Of a stretch of 56,105 bases of DNA, positions 38,747 to 50,505 are shown piece after piece (the first letter of the stretch is position 1; every line of letters starts with the position of its first letter). Under the pieces are notes generated by a model, which saw only the letters and a list, made by a program, of their open reading frames with translations, was not told where the DNA came from and did no database searches. The translations under genes and the position numbers were made by a program. The DNA comes from a virus (Duplodnaviria; Caudoviricetes), in the IMG/VR virus record IMGVR_UViG_3300005613_002598, positions 1 through 56,105 of that record; one strand, written 5' to 3'.

Positions 38747-39167
38747 ACATCTTTCAGGGATAAAGGAAAAGAAGGTATCTTGGGATACACTTACTGATGC
38801 TGATAAGAAAACATTTAGTCCGTTTCTTATCAATAGATTTCTGAGCATGAATATGGACTACATTGAGTTTGTAAATGACTTACAGAAGTATACCGTTGGA
38901 TTACTGAAACCAAGTGAAGTTTATAAACTTTATTATCACTTTTTGCCAGCTCAAAAGACTTGGGACAAGTATATAAAATCAAAGGCTGAAAAAAAGTATG
39001 AATCTGAATTGTTGGATTATTTGAGCAAGTGGTATGGTGTATCCAAAAGAGAGGTTGTAGATTATTTAGATATCTTGAGTAAAGATGAGGTAAAAACAAT
39101 CTTGTCTAAATTTGGACTTGATGTAAACAAAATCAAATCTCTAACTAAGTTTAACAAACCAAAATGA
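38727..39167 (+). CDS. Clamp loader small subunit (T4 gp62-like)
   Basis: IFEHL..I, FSPFLINRFLS, YIK, YGVSKREVVDYLDIL. Confidence 0.72.
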   Translation: MAKTIFEHLSGIKEKKVSWDTLTDADKKTFSPFLINRFLSMNMDYIEFVNDLQKYTVGLLKPSEVYKLYYHFLPAQKTWDKYIKSKAEKKYESELLDYLSKWYGVSKREVVDYLDILSKDEVKTILSKFGLDVNKIKSLTKFNKPK

Positions 39168-39189
39168 TACTTATATAAAACAAAAAGTT

Positions 39190-39528
39190 ATGAATAGAAT
39201 ACACGTAAAATTTATCAAATGGATATCCAATAAATTTGGATATAAAATTGCAATGCTTAAAGCATCCAATGGAACAACTACAATTGAAGGTGATAAAGAA
39301 CTACTTCGTTATGTAGATGTATCAGGTTATTTCTTTAAGAAAGAACCACTTAAACGAACTTATCCAAAGGTTAAAGAACCTGAACCAATTAAACCATTAA
39401 CACCAGAACAATTAAAAGAATTAGGATTATCAGTTAATGTAAAAGCAATTAAAAGTTATGAGGAAATGATTAAAGAATATACTAAAATTCTTAATTACCC
39501 TAAATTATCAATCACACCCAACAATTAA
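39190..39528 (+). CDS. Hypothetical protein
   Basis: 112 aa, preceded by the TGATACTTAT motif variant (39165). Confidence 0.6.
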   Translation: MNRIHVKFIKWISNKFGYKIAMLKASNGTTTIEGDKELLRYVDVSGYFFKKEPLKRTYPKVKEPEPIKPLTPEQLKELGLSVNVKAIKSYEEMIKEYTKILNYPKLSITPNN

Positions 39529-39562
39529 AGCACCATTATCAAATTAAAAACAAAAAAAAGTT

Positions 39563-39850
39563 ATGGGAAAAAAGTTTCAACCAATTCAAGATAGAGTTGT
39601 TATTCAACCTATTCATGAGGATGTAACACAAGGTGGTGTTATAATTCCCGACACATCTCAAGATGGTATTCTACAGGGTACTGTAATTGCAGTTGGCCCC
39701 GGTCTCCTATTAATTACTGGTGAGCATGGGGCAATGCAATGTAAACCCGGAGATGTTGTGTATTACAGTCGAATGACTGCCCAACGATTTGACGATGAAG
39801 ATAACCTTTATGTTGTAAAGGAATCTGAATTACTAACAATTGTAAAATAA
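39563..39850 (+). CDS. groES: Co-chaperonin GroES
   Basis: PIQDRVVI, TQGGVIIPDT, GTVIAVGPG, GDVV, VKESELL. Confidence 0.93.
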   Translation: MGKKFQPIQDRVVIQPIHEDVTQGGVIIPDTSQDGILQGTVIAVGPGLLLITGEHGAMQCKPGDVVYYSRMTAQRFDDEDNLYVVKESELLTIVK

Positions 39851-39858
39851 GAAAATAA

Positions 39859-41487
<1,629 letters not shown>

Positions 41488-41490
41488 ATT

Positions 41491-41751
41491 ATGGGAAAGC
41501 GAGTAAATATGAATATGCCAAAAGACCAAAACGGGTTGAACGTAAACATCAATCCAGAAGATTTAGAAGATTACGTTTGTAGTAAATGTGGGAATCAAAC
41601 ATTTATACAAGCTTTCATCTTCAAAAAACTGTCGGCAGTAATGTCCCCGATGGGAAAGGATACAATGATACCACTTCAAGTTTTCAAATGCGATGAGTGT
41701 GGTACTATTGGAAAGGAATTTTTACCAAAAGATGCAGTTATAAATGAGTGA
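41491..41751 (+). CDS. Small zinc-ribbon protein
   Basis: CSKCGN ... CDECG. Confidence 0.7.
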   Translation: MGKRVNMNMPKDQNGLNVNINPEDLEDYVCSKCGNQTFIQAFIFKKLSAVMSPMGKDTMIPLQVFKCDECGTIGKEFLPKDAVINE

Positions 41752-42085
41752 TAATCCAGTAGAAATCTGTGAACGTGAATATCCAGAATTAACAGAGGCG
41801 TTCAAATTGATTCAACGAGAACAATACGAATTATTTTGTCGAAAACACATGAACTATGGATTGGATAACATATCTTTAGGTACATCTTTAGAAGCCAACG
41901 ATGATAGAAGATTGTCATTAACCGGTATTTGGTTTAGAGTACATGATAAAATTCAAAGACTAAGGCAGTTGGTGATTAATCGAGTAGATGATATGGTTGG
42001 TGAAGATGTAAATGAAACCTTGAATGATATGTCAAATTATGGCGTTATTGCACGGTTGGTAAATATGGGAAAATGGAAACGTTAA
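41744..42085 (+). CDS. Nucleotide-modification-associated domain protein (DUF1599 / Nmad1-like)
   Basis: KHMNYGLDNI, RVHDKIQRL, EDVNETLNDMSNYGVI. Confidence 0.7.
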   Translation: MSDNPVEICEREYPELTEAFKLIQREQYELFCRKHMNYGLDNISLGTSLEANDDRRLSLTGIWFRVHDKIQRLRQLVINRVDDMVGEDVNETLNDMSNYGVIARLVNMGKWKR

Positions 42086-42996
42086 ACTTAAATGCTGGTG
42101 TACAATTATCTGATATAGGTGATAGAAAGGCTATAAGTTATAGTCAGTTCAATATGTATAAATCGTGTCCGCATCAATGGAAACTTACTTATGTGGATGG
42201 TAACAAAACATATGACCCAAGTATCTATACAATTTTTGGTACGGCATTTCATGAAACATTGCAGGAATATTTAACTGTAATGTACACCAAATCTGCCAAA
42301 GAAGCAAACCAACTTGGTGTACATACCATTTTAAAGGAAAGAATGGCCGCCGAATACAAACGGGAAGTGGAAGTGTTCGGTGGTCATTTCTCTACACCAG
42401 AAGAACTTAGTGAATTTTACAAAGATGGGTTGGCTATCTTAGAATTCTTTATCAAGAAACGAGGTGCTTATTTCAGTAAACGTAATTGTGAACTTTTAGG
42501 TATTGAAACGCCACTTTTGATTGAAACCAACTTCAACGAAAACGTTTTGATTCGTGGATTTTTGGATGTTGTTATGCGTGAGCATGATAAAATCAAGATA
42601 TGGGATATCAAAACTAGTACGTGGGGTTGGAAACCCAACAAGAAAAAGATGGAAGGTGACCAACTTAGACTTTACAAACGGTATTTTGCAAAACAGTATG
42701 GTTATGATGAAAACGATATTGATGTTGAATACTTTATTGTAAAACGTAAGTTGTATGAAAATGCAGAATTTCCTCAAAAACGAATTCAACTTTTCAAACC
42801 ACCAAATGCAAAAGTTTCTCTTAACAAAACTGAAAAATCGTTGGAATCGTTTGTGAATACTGCTTTTATGGAAGATGGTAGTTATAATATTAATGGAGAC
42901 TACCCGGCTTATAAAAACGCATGTATGTACTGTCCATTTAAAACAAATCATGAGTTATGTCCACCGAAAAACAGAATATTGAAAAAATCGGAATGA
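42073..42996 (+). CDS. PD-(D/E)XK exonuclease (RecB / Cas4-like)
   Basis: ISYSQ..CP, FGTAFHE, E..RGFLDVV..IWDIKTS, QLRLY, C-terminal CMYCPF..C. Confidence 0.85.
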   Translation: METLNLNAGVQLSDIGDRKAISYSQFNMYKSCPHQWKLTYVDGNKTYDPSIYTIFGTAFHETLQEYLTVMYTKSAKEANQLGVHTILKERMAAEYKREVEVFGGHFSTPEELSEFYKDGLAILEFFIKKRGAYFSKRNCELLGIETPLLIETNFNENVLIRGFLDVVMREHDKIKIWDIKTSTWGWKPNKKKMEGDQLRLYKRYFAKQYGYDENDIDVEYFIVKRKLYENAEFPQKRIQLFKPPNAKVSLNKTEKSLESFVNTAFMEDGSYNINGDYPAYKNACMYCPFKTNHELCPPKNRILKKSE

Positions 42997-43379
42997 TATG
43001 TTCGGGTGGTTGGCAGAGCAAACGTAAAGTTCGAGATTTGATTTTCAAAATAAAACAAAGGGTTGAGAACTTTGAACTGGTTTCAATTGGTAATGGTGGA
43101 GCGGATAGTATGGTTAAGAAATTTGCTTTAGAAATGGAATGTAATTATAAAGAGTTTAATCCAGCATACACAAATAGAAATCTATATTCGGCCTGCCATT
43201 CTAACTATTACGGTAAACCGTTTAGCAATAAATACTTGTTTCAAAGAAATGGTATGTACTCAAAGTATATTGATAAACTAGTAGTATTTTGGGATGGTGA
43301 AACTGTATTGGGTAACAACATAATGGATATTATCAAAAATGTTAAAAAGTTGAATAAATCGGTTGTTATCATTAATTGA
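42993..43379 (+). CDS. SLOG / YspA-like (DUF2493) protein
   Basis: VSIGNGGADSMVKKFA, FQRN, LVVFWDG; exact start uncertain (42957 or 42993). Confidence 0.6.
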   Translation: MICSGGWQSKRKVRDLIFKIKQRVENFELVSIGNGGADSMVKKFALEMECNYKEFNPAYTNRNLYSACHSNYYGKPFSNKYLFQRNGMYSKYIDKLVVFWDGETVLGNNIMDIIKNVKKLNKSVVIIN

Positions 43380-43380
43380 T

Positions 43381-43390
43381 TGATATTTAT
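43381..43390 (+). promoter_or_regulatory. TGATATTTAT promoter motif heading the glycan island
   Basis: 11 nt upstream of ATG 43402. Confidence 0.6.
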
Positions 43391-43401
43391 AATAAAGTTA
43401 T

Positions 43402-44928
43402 ATGGAAAAATTAAAGTTACCTAAACTTAGGAAGGTTGATCCAAACCTACCTAAGAAAACAAAGATTCTGTTACTATCCGATGATTTAAGATTGCATTCT
43501 GGGATTGGTACAGTTTCTCGTGAGTTGGTGTTTGGTACGGTTGGCAAATATGATTGGATTCAGATTGCCGGTGCAATGAAACACCCCGAAAATGGTCAAC
43601 AACTTGATATTAGTCAAGATGTAATCAAAGAAACTGGTGTCCAAGATGCCAGTGTTAAATTATTACCTGTTGATGGTTATGGAAATCCCGATATGGTTCG
43701 TTACATTTTGCATAATGAAAAACCTGATGTTATTATGCACTTCACGGACCCACGATTTTGGGGGTGGCTTTACGCTATGGAACATGAGATTCGTCAACAA
43801 ATTCCCCTAATCTATCTTAACATATGGGATGACCTTCCAGCCCCACATTGGAATCGTAATTTTTATGAGAGTTGTGATTTGTTGATGGCTATCAGTAAAC
43901 AAACTTATAACTTGAATCGTATGGTTATGGGACATGGTTATTATGAATCTGAAAACCCACAATCAGATAAAGAACGGATGGAAGGGGTTGGTAATACTGG
44001 ATTAGAACAGTCGTATCGACCAAAACCACTTATTACGTATGTACCACATGGTATTGATGAAAACAAATTCAAACCAGTCGATGATTTAGATAATGAGTTA
44101 ATCAAGGTAAAACAGGCTTTGTTCGGGAATATAGACCCAAAGTTTGTTGTGTTCTATAATAGCAGAAATATCAGACGTAAGTGTCCAAGTAATTTGGTGT
44201 TGGCTTATAAGCTTCTCATGGATAAACTACCTGAAGAGGACCGTAGAAAGTGTTATTTGGTAATGCATACGGACCCCGTAGACCAACATGGAACTGACCT
44301 ACCTGCTTTGGTTGGCGCTCTTGCTAGTGATTGCAATGTGGTTTTCAGTAATAAAAAAATCAGTACCAAAGAGTTAAACTTACTTTACAATATAGCAGAT
44401 GTAACTTGTAACCCAAGTTCAGCCGAGGGATTTGGATTGAGTCACATGGAATCCGTTATGGCAGGAACCCCAACTATTGCTACTGTTGTAGGTGGATTGC
44501 AAGACCAAATGGGATTCAAAATTGGTGATAGATTTATTGAATTGGATGATTTTACCGATGATATTGCAAGTAATTCTCAGGGAGCAATGAGTAAAGATTC
44601 GGGAGAATGGACCTATCCACTATGGCCAACACTAAACTTACAAGGTTCTCCTGCAACTCCATATATCTATGATTCGGTTGCTTCAATCGACCAAATTCGC
44701 GATGGGTTGGAACATTGGTACAATATGGGTCGTCAAGAGCGTAAAAAGTGTGGATTGACTGGCCGTGAATGGGCAATTGAAAATGGATTCAATCGTGATA
44801 ACATGACAAAAACATTTGTCGAATCGGTTGAAAAATGTATGAAAAATTTCCAAAAACGAAATAAATTCACTATAATTGATGTTAGTAATCTCGAAGATGT
44901 GAATTATACAAATTGTGTTCTAATATGA
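43402..44928 (+). CDS. Glycosyltransferase family 4 (GT-B)
   Basis: ILLLSDD..SGIG, YVPHGID, RNIRRK, LYNIADV, EGFGLSHMESVMAGTP, GGLQDQ. Confidence 0.88.
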   Translation: MEKLKLPKLRKVDPNLPKKTKILLLSDDLRLHSGIGTVSRELVFGTVGKYDWIQIAGAMKHPENGQQLDISQDVIKETGVQDASVKLLPVDGYGNPDMVRYILHNEKPDVIMHFTDPRFWGWLYAMEHEIRQQIPLIYLNIWDDLPAPHWNRNFYESCDLLMAISKQTYNLNRMVMGHGYYESENPQSDKERMEGVGNTGLEQSYRPKPLITYVPHGIDENKFKPVDDLDNELIKVKQALFGNIDPKFVVFYNSRNIRRKCPSNLVLAYKLLMDKLPEEDRRKCYLVMHTDPVDQHGTDLPALVGALASDCNVVFSNKKISTKELNLLYNIADVTCNPSSAEGFGLSHMESVMAGTPTIATVVGGLQDQMGFKIGDRFIELDDFTDDIASNSQGAMSKDSGEWTYPLWPTLNLQGSPATPYIYDSVASIDQIRDGLEHWYNMGRQERKKCGLTGREWAIENGFNRDNMTKTFVESVEKCMKNFQKRNKFTIIDVSNLEDVNYTNCVLI

Positions 44929-46250
44929 AAGAATATTTAGTTATAAGTTGTCCTGCCAGTTCAAGGTCTGGTTATGGAGACCACAGTAGAGAATTAATCA
45001 GAAGCCTTATCAAAATGGATAGGTTTGATATTCAAATCATAGACCAAAGATGGGGTAATTGTGATAGAAATGCCCTTACCGAGGCTGATAGTGATATCAC
45101 TAGTAGACTTACTGGAACCACTTTGAAACGCCAACCTGATGTTTGGATTCAAGTAACTGTTCCAAATGAATTTCAGGCATTTGGTAAATTCAATATTGGT
45201 ATAACAGCAGGTATGGAAACTACTTTGGTTTCTCAACAATGGATTGAGGGATGTAACCGAATGAATTTGGTAATTACTACATCTGAACACTCTAAACAAT
45301 CATTTGAACGTTCTGTTTTTGATGCAATAGATAACAGAACTCAACAAAAGGTAGGTGAGTTGAAATTAGAAAGGCCAATTGAAGTTCTTTTTGAAGGATT
45401 GGACCCAACCACTTTCTATAAAACGGATGATATTCCAGTTACAATTAAAGAAACATTGGATGGTATTAAGGAAGATTTTTGTTTCTTGGTAGTTGGCCAT
45501 TGGATTAAGGGTGATTTTACTCACGATAGAAAAGACTTGGGTGGGACAATTTCAACGTTCATTCAAACCTTTAAATCACTTGCAAAACACAATAGACCCG
45601 CTTTAATACTGAAAACAAGTGGTGCTACTTTTAGTGTAGGCGACCGTGAAGAAATCTTGAATAAAATCAAATCAATTACTCGTGGGTATGATAAAAAGGA
45701 CTTACCAAACATTTATCTAATACATGGTGATTTGAGTAAAGAAGAAATGAATGGATTGTATAACCACAAAAAGGTTAAGGCAATGGTTAGTTTCACGCAT
45801 GGTGAGGGGTTTGGTAGACCAATGTTAGAATTCGGTATAACTCAAAAACCAATCTTGGCTAGTAATTGGTCTGGTCATTTGGATTTCTTAAAGTACTCAC
45901 TAAAATTACCGGGTGAACTAAAACAAGTCCACCAATCAGCTGTTGTTAAAGACATGATATTACCGGAATCATCTTGGTTCTATGTTAATTATGGATACGC
46001 ATCGAAGTTACTAAAAAATGTATATGAAAACTACAAAGATTACATTCCAGATGCTAGAAAACAAGCCCGTGTTGCTCGTGAAGAGTTTAACCACGATAAG
46101 ATGACTGAAAAGTTTGTGGAAATTTTAGATAAACACATTGTAAAACAAGTTCAACTGAAACTTCCAAAGCTCAAAAAAATCGGAGAAACTTCAACTCCAC
46201 CCACTTTGAAATTGCCAAAACTCAAAAAAGTAACAAATGAAAATGATTAA
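44925..46250 (+). CDS. Glycosyltransferase family 4 (GT-B)
   Basis: SGYGDHSR, FLVVGHW, DRKD, GEGFGRPMLE, SNWSGHLDF. Confidence 0.85.
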   Translation: MKEYLVISCPASSRSGYGDHSRELIRSLIKMDRFDIQIIDQRWGNCDRNALTEADSDITSRLTGTTLKRQPDVWIQVTVPNEFQAFGKFNIGITAGMETTLVSQQWIEGCNRMNLVITTSEHSKQSFERSVFDAIDNRTQQKVGELKLERPIEVLFEGLDPTTFYKTDDIPVTIKETLDGIKEDFCFLVVGHWIKGDFTHDRKDLGGTISTFIQTFKSLAKHNRPALILKTSGATFSVGDREEILNKIKSITRGYDKKDLPNIYLIHGDLSKEEMNGLYNHKKVKAMVSFTHGEGFGRPMLEFGITQKPILASNWSGHLDFLKYSLKLPGELKQVHQSAVVKDMILPESSWFYVNYGYASKLLKNVYENYKDYIPDARKQARVAREEFNHDKMTEKFVEILDKHIVKQVQLKLPKLKKIGETSTPPTLKLPKLKKVTNEND

Positions 46251-46728
46251 TGATGATGTTTGGACTGAAAGTCCAATTACAGGAAAAGAACAAGTACTAG
46301 TAGAACATGATGATAAACATGGTGAATCCAAGTTTGATATAAGTAGTGGGTATTTCACTAATGAATACCCAATGAACTACAAAAAGTATCCTGATTTTAA
46401 CTATGAAGAAATGGAAGAATCCATGCCAGAAATCGTTAAAAACTTAAAGTTTGACGATGGTGAATCGTATTGGTATCCGTGTACTATTCAATCTGAAAAC
46501 GGTGTGGTGTTCCCAGAAGGAACTGTCGATAATTGGAAGTGGTGTTTTGCTCCAATTGTACCAATCACATCTGAACAAGCAAAAGAAATGGGTGTAGATG
46601 AAGAAACTTTCAATCAAAAAATTGATATGGATTCTGCGATTAGATATGATAGATTCTTGGATGCAGTAAAAAACATAAATGGTTATTCACTTGGAGATAT
46701 TGAATTAGATGGCGAATCGGATAAATGA
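46237..46728 (+). CDS. Hypothetical protein
   Basis: 163 aa acidic ORF overlapping its neighbours. Confidence 0.6.
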   Translation: MKMINDDVWTESPITGKEQVLVEHDDKHGESKFDISSGYFTNEYPMNYKKYPDFNYEEMEESMPEIVKNLKFDDGESYWYPCTIQSENGVVFPEGTVDNWKWCFAPIVPITSEQAKEMGVDEETFNQKIDMDSAIRYDRFLDAVKNINGYSLGDIELDGESDK

Positions 46729-47230
46729 ACATGTGAGTAACACGCAAAGTCGCGTACGTATCAGTCCATCTAAATTTGAAAGTGGGATGATTATTGATAC
46801 GTTTTATAAAAACAAACTAGGAGATACACAACGTTGTTTCTTTTTAGTTTTACATCCAAAGTGGCCTAAAAACCAAAAACAAGTTCACGCTCTTAAATTA
46901 AACGAAATACCTAAATTTGAATTTTTAAAATTCATTGAAAAATTTGGGTTGGTGTGTGTTGATAATGTTCAAAGAGTGAAAATAATTCAGGCAGATATTG
47001 ATGAAAGTTCCAGTAAAAAAACTTATATTACAGAAATCAAACAAAGTCCAAAGGCGTTTATAAGAAACTCATATAGAACTTTACGTTGGGAAGGATTTCA
47101 AAATGCATATGTCGTTAATTATAAGTTTGGGAAAAAGTTGGAAACCATGTATCCTTGCTCAGAACCGCCTGAAATAGAAACCGAATCAAACGAAACTGAT
47201 GAAGATAAGTTACGCAATACCAGTATGTAA
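46709..47230 (+). CDS. Hypothetical protein
   Basis: 173 aa ORF overlapping its neighbours. Confidence 0.6.
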   Translation: MANRINEHVSNTQSRVRISPSKFESGMIIDTFYKNKLGDTQRCFFLVLHPKWPKNQKQVHALKLNEIPKFEFLKFIEKFGLVCVDNVQRVKIIQADIDESSSKKTYITEIKQSPKAFIRNSYRTLRWEGFQNAYVVNYKFGKKLETMYPCSEPPEIETESNETDEDKLRNTSM

Positions 47231-47822
47231 TGAGTTAAGTGAAATTCAACACCTTGTTACTCACCTACTACACCACAAACGTAATCAAGATGAGATTGTA
47301 ATATTGTATGATAGTAACAATGGGCATGAATACGTAGAAGAGTATTTACGCAGTCATTCTCAAATGGGCGAATACCTTTGGTTTGAAAGAAAGTTTGATA
47401 ATGATTTTGCAACTCATAAAAACGCATTAAACAAAATGTGTGGGGGTGATTGGATATTTCAAATAGATGCAGATGAATATCCTGATGAACATCTTATTGA
47501 AGTACTTCCCGATATACTGGAACACAATGACAATGTAGACTTGTTTTTTGTTCCCAGAGTGAATATTGTCAAAGGGTTAACTGATACACATCTAAAAATG
47601 TGGGGTTGGCAACAAAATGATAAGGGTTGGGTAAACTGGCCGGATTTTCAATCTAGGATTTACAGAAACCATCCCAACATTAAATGGACGAATCATGTGC
47701 ATGAAAGAATTGTTGGGCATAAGGAATTTACAACACTACCTACTCAAGCAGAATATGCACTTTGGCATATCAAAGATATTGATAGACAAGAAAGGCAAAA
47801 CGAGTATTATGATACGTTATAA
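47199..47822 (+). CDS. Glycosyltransferase family 2 (GT-A)
   Basis: ISYAIPVCNE, DFATHKN, DWIFQIDADE, PDFQSRIY, VHE. Confidence 0.88.
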   Translation: MKISYAIPVCNELSEIQHLVTHLLHHKRNQDEIVILYDSNNGHEYVEEYLRSHSQMGEYLWFERKFDNDFATHKNALNKMCGGDWIFQIDADEYPDEHLIEVLPDILEHNDNVDLFFVPRVNIVKGLTDTHLKMWGWQQNDKGWVNWPDFQSRIYRNHPNIKWTNHVHERIVGHKEFTTLPTQAEYALWHIKDIDRQERQNEYYDTL

Positions 47823-48661
47823 TGCAATTTTGGAGAACATATAATAATAAAGTATATTCGGTAGGTGAAGTGACCCAATTAGGGTTTCCTTTGTCCGACC
47901 CATCTTATATACCCGATGAGTATTTAGACGCACAAAACTTTGTGATTCTGCGAACTTGCTTTGGTGTGGGTGATTGGGGAATCATCTCTGCATTTCCACG
48001 AAAACTTAAAGAAAAGTATCCTCAATGTAAAGTGTGGATTCCATCACCAAAATTACTTCGTGAGATGTTTGGACACCTTGAACAAAACTGGTCTTCGTGG
48101 GATGACCCATTTGAAGTAGTTCACACTATCTTTGATAACAATCCATATGTAGATGGGTTCGTTGATTCGTTTGAGGGTGAGGTCTTTAATGACCATTATC
48201 GTATCACGGATGGTGGGGAAGTACCATTAATGGAAGAGTTGTTGAGGTTCTGGCAATTTGAATCGTTTGAGGATATTGAACCCGAATTATACTTTAGTGA
48301 TGATGAAAAAAATCTTGGCGACCAAATCATCAAAGAACACACGGATGGTGAATTTGGAACTCTTTTGATTTCAAATAGGTTTGATGGTGATGGTATTGAA
48401 AAAATCCAACAAAAGATTGATGAGTACGACTTACCTATGTTCTATTGGACTAAATCGGTAGATGTTGGGTTGGAGTTTAAAAAGGGATTGGATTTAAGAC
48501 ACGTTGACACACGAATTCAGTTGTATATTAAGACAAAGGCAAAGTTCAATGTGGGTAATCAAACAGGTGTAAATGATACCATTGCAAATTACGCACCAAC
48601 ATTTACCATACCAAGACCAAACCTTGGGTCTAACATAATTCGTAGTCAGTATTACATATGA
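47822..48661 (+). CDS. Putative GT9-like glycosyltransferase
   Basis: GVGDW..AFPRKLKEKYP, IFDNNPYVD, PELYF, KAKFNVGNQTG. Confidence 0.55.
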   Translation: MQFWRTYNNKVYSVGEVTQLGFPLSDPSYIPDEYLDAQNFVILRTCFGVGDWGIISAFPRKLKEKYPQCKVWIPSPKLLREMFGHLEQNWSSWDDPFEVVHTIFDNNPYVDGFVDSFEGEVFNDHYRITDGGEVPLMEELLRFWQFESFEDIEPELYFSDDEKNLGDQIIKEHTDGEFGTLLISNRFDGDGIEKIQQKIDEYDLPMFYWTKSVDVGLEFKKGLDLRHVDTRIQLYIKTKAKFNVGNQTGVNDTIANYAPTFTIPRPNLGSNIIRSQYYI

Positions 48662-49338
48662 AAATAGCCGTTTACACATCAATTTTCGGAGGGTATGATG
48701 ACCTTCACGAAAACCAATTTCAAATGGAGGGGGTTGATTTCATCTGCTTTACTGATAGAGACATTGAGTCTAAGACTTGGAAGGTTGTAAAATCAACACC
48801 GATTTATAATGACCCCAATCGAAACGCAAAAAAATATAAGGTATTACCGCATAGATACTTGAAAGATTATGACTATTCGGTTTGGATTGATGGGAACATT
48901 TTAATAATAGATGATATTAGAGATTTGGTAAAGAATTACAAATATCAAGTATTCGACCATAATCAAACTTTATTAGACTCAAGGGATTGTATTTATAAAG
49001 AGTACGATGCCATAATGAGACTTGGGAAGCAAAATGGAGGTAATTATAAAGATAATCCTGTACTGATGTATAATCAGGTAAAACGATACCTTGATGAGGG
49101 TTATCCGCATAATAACGGCCTTGCTACAAACCCAATCATATTTAGACATCACCACGATTCTGAAGTTATTAAGGTAATGGAAGATTGGTGGGCTGAAATC
49201 AAATATGGGTCTCGTAGAGACCAATTGAGTTTTGATTATGTGGCTTGGAAAAATAAATTTGAATATGAATTTTTAGAAGGTGATAGCAGAAAAAACAAAT
49301 ACTTTTTACAAACCGGAAAACACAAAGGTAAACGATGA
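48658..49338 (+). CDS. DUF616 (TOD1/MUCI70-like) glycosyltransferase
   Basis: VYTSIFGGYDDL, ICFTD, KVLPHRYL, SVWIDGN, RDCIY.E, RDQLSF. Confidence 0.82.
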   Translation: MKIAVYTSIFGGYDDLHENQFQMEGVDFICFTDRDIESKTWKVVKSTPIYNDPNRNAKKYKVLPHRYLKDYDYSVWIDGNILIIDDIRDLVKNYKYQVFDHNQTLLDSRDCIYKEYDAIMRLGKQNGGNYKDNPVLMYNQVKRYLDEGYPHNNGLATNPIIFRHHHDSEVIKVMEDWWAEIKYGSRRDQLSFDYVAWKNKFEYEFLEGDSRKNKYFLQTGKHKGKR

Positions 49339-49949
49339 AGTTATACAATTATAATAGTTATGAAGAATACGTTGCTGCTCAAGTTGAGGGTAATGTTAGA
49401 AAAATCAACAATTCATATGTAGACCCAATATCCTTGAGTGGGTTGGTGGGTCATTTGTATGAGGAGTATAATTTAAAACCGTCTACTATTATTTGCCACG
49501 GAACTCGTAGAGGTTTAGAGCAACAATACTTTTTGGATACTTACTCTAAATTGGGTGTATCTCCAAATGTAATTGGAACTGAAATCAGCCATACAGCAAC
49601 TCAATATCCAAACACTATTCAATGGGACTTTCACGAAGTAAAACCAGAGTGGGTAAACGGAATTGATTTAATTTATTCAAATTCATTTGACCATTCTTAT
49701 AAACCTACTGAATGTTTGAAAACTTGGATGTCGTGTTTATCGGAAAATGGAATATGTGTTTTAGAATACAGTGAGGTGTGTGATACCAAGTCAGGTGTAA
49801 CAGACCCATTTGGTGCTACATTAGAAGAGTACAAAGAGTTTATATCTAAAGATTATAATATTCTTGAGATTCTTGATAATAGTGGGCTAGAAGACCTCGG
49901 AGAGAGTTATAAAGGATTACGTTACTATATTTTGATATCAAGGAAATAA
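49335..49949 (+). CDS. SAM-dependent methyltransferase-like protein
   Basis: ICHGTRRGLE, VIGTEIS, QWDFH, DLIYSNSFDH, LSENGICVLE. Confidence 0.6.
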   Translation: MKLYNYNSYEEYVAAQVEGNVRKINNSYVDPISLSGLVGHLYEEYNLKPSTIICHGTRRGLEQQYFLDTYSKLGVSPNVIGTEISHTATQYPNTIQWDFHEVKPEWVNGIDLIYSNSFDHSYKPTECLKTWMSCLSENGICVLEYSEVCDTKSGVTDPFGATLEEYKEFISKDYNILEILDNSGLEDLGESYKGLRYYILISRK

Positions 49950-50504
49950 ATGAAAACTTGTGTATTCGTGGGTAATGGTAAATTTTCTAAATCATATGGG
50001 AAACTCATAGACTCATACGAACACGTTTATCGATTTAATAGATTTACTACCGAAGATAGGTTTGTAGATTTAGTGGGAACTAAATGTACCCATTGGATTG
50101 TCAATCAAGCACTAGCTACTGATGGTAGGGATTTGGTTAATAGACGTATTAAAAAATATCAGAACCAATATATTGATTTACAAGAAATTTGGGTTTTGGC
50201 AAATTCACCAAAGAATCTCACACGTCTTAAAGAACTAAAGGAGAAATACAATATTTTTGATTTTAGTATATGTGACCCCATTTACAGCGGTTACAAAAAT
50301 TCTACTGGTATTTTGGCCATAAACTTTTTTTTAGAAAAGTATGATGAAATACATCTCGTTGGGTTTGATTTTGGTAAATCAATTCACTATTGGGTAAGTA
50401 GTAACCCTAGTGCGGCAGATAAACCAGGAAAGCACGATTGGGAATCTGAAAAAAGATATGTTGATTATTTAATTAAAATTGGTAAAGTAAAGATAATAGT
50501 ATAA
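49950..50504 (+). CDS. GT29-like sialyltransferase
   Basis: Sialylmotif L-like CVFVGNG..YGKLIDSYEHVYRFN..VGTKCT; S-like STGILAI..EIHLVGFDF; motif III HYW; VS HDWESE. Confidence 0.72.
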   Translation: MKTCVFVGNGKFSKSYGKLIDSYEHVYRFNRFTTEDRFVDLVGTKCTHWIVNQALATDGRDLVNRRIKKYQNQYIDLQEIWVLANSPKNLTRLKELKEKYNIFDFSICDPIYSGYKNSTGILAINFFLEKYDEIHLVGFDFGKSIHYWVSSNPSAADKPGKHDWESEKRYVDYLIKIGKVKIIV

Positions 50505-50505
50505 T

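Noticed and set aside
42073-42996. CRISPR-Cas system suggested by the Cas4-like nuclease
   Set aside because: No repeat-spacer array or other cas genes seen; stand-alone Cas4/RecB-like nucleases are common in phages
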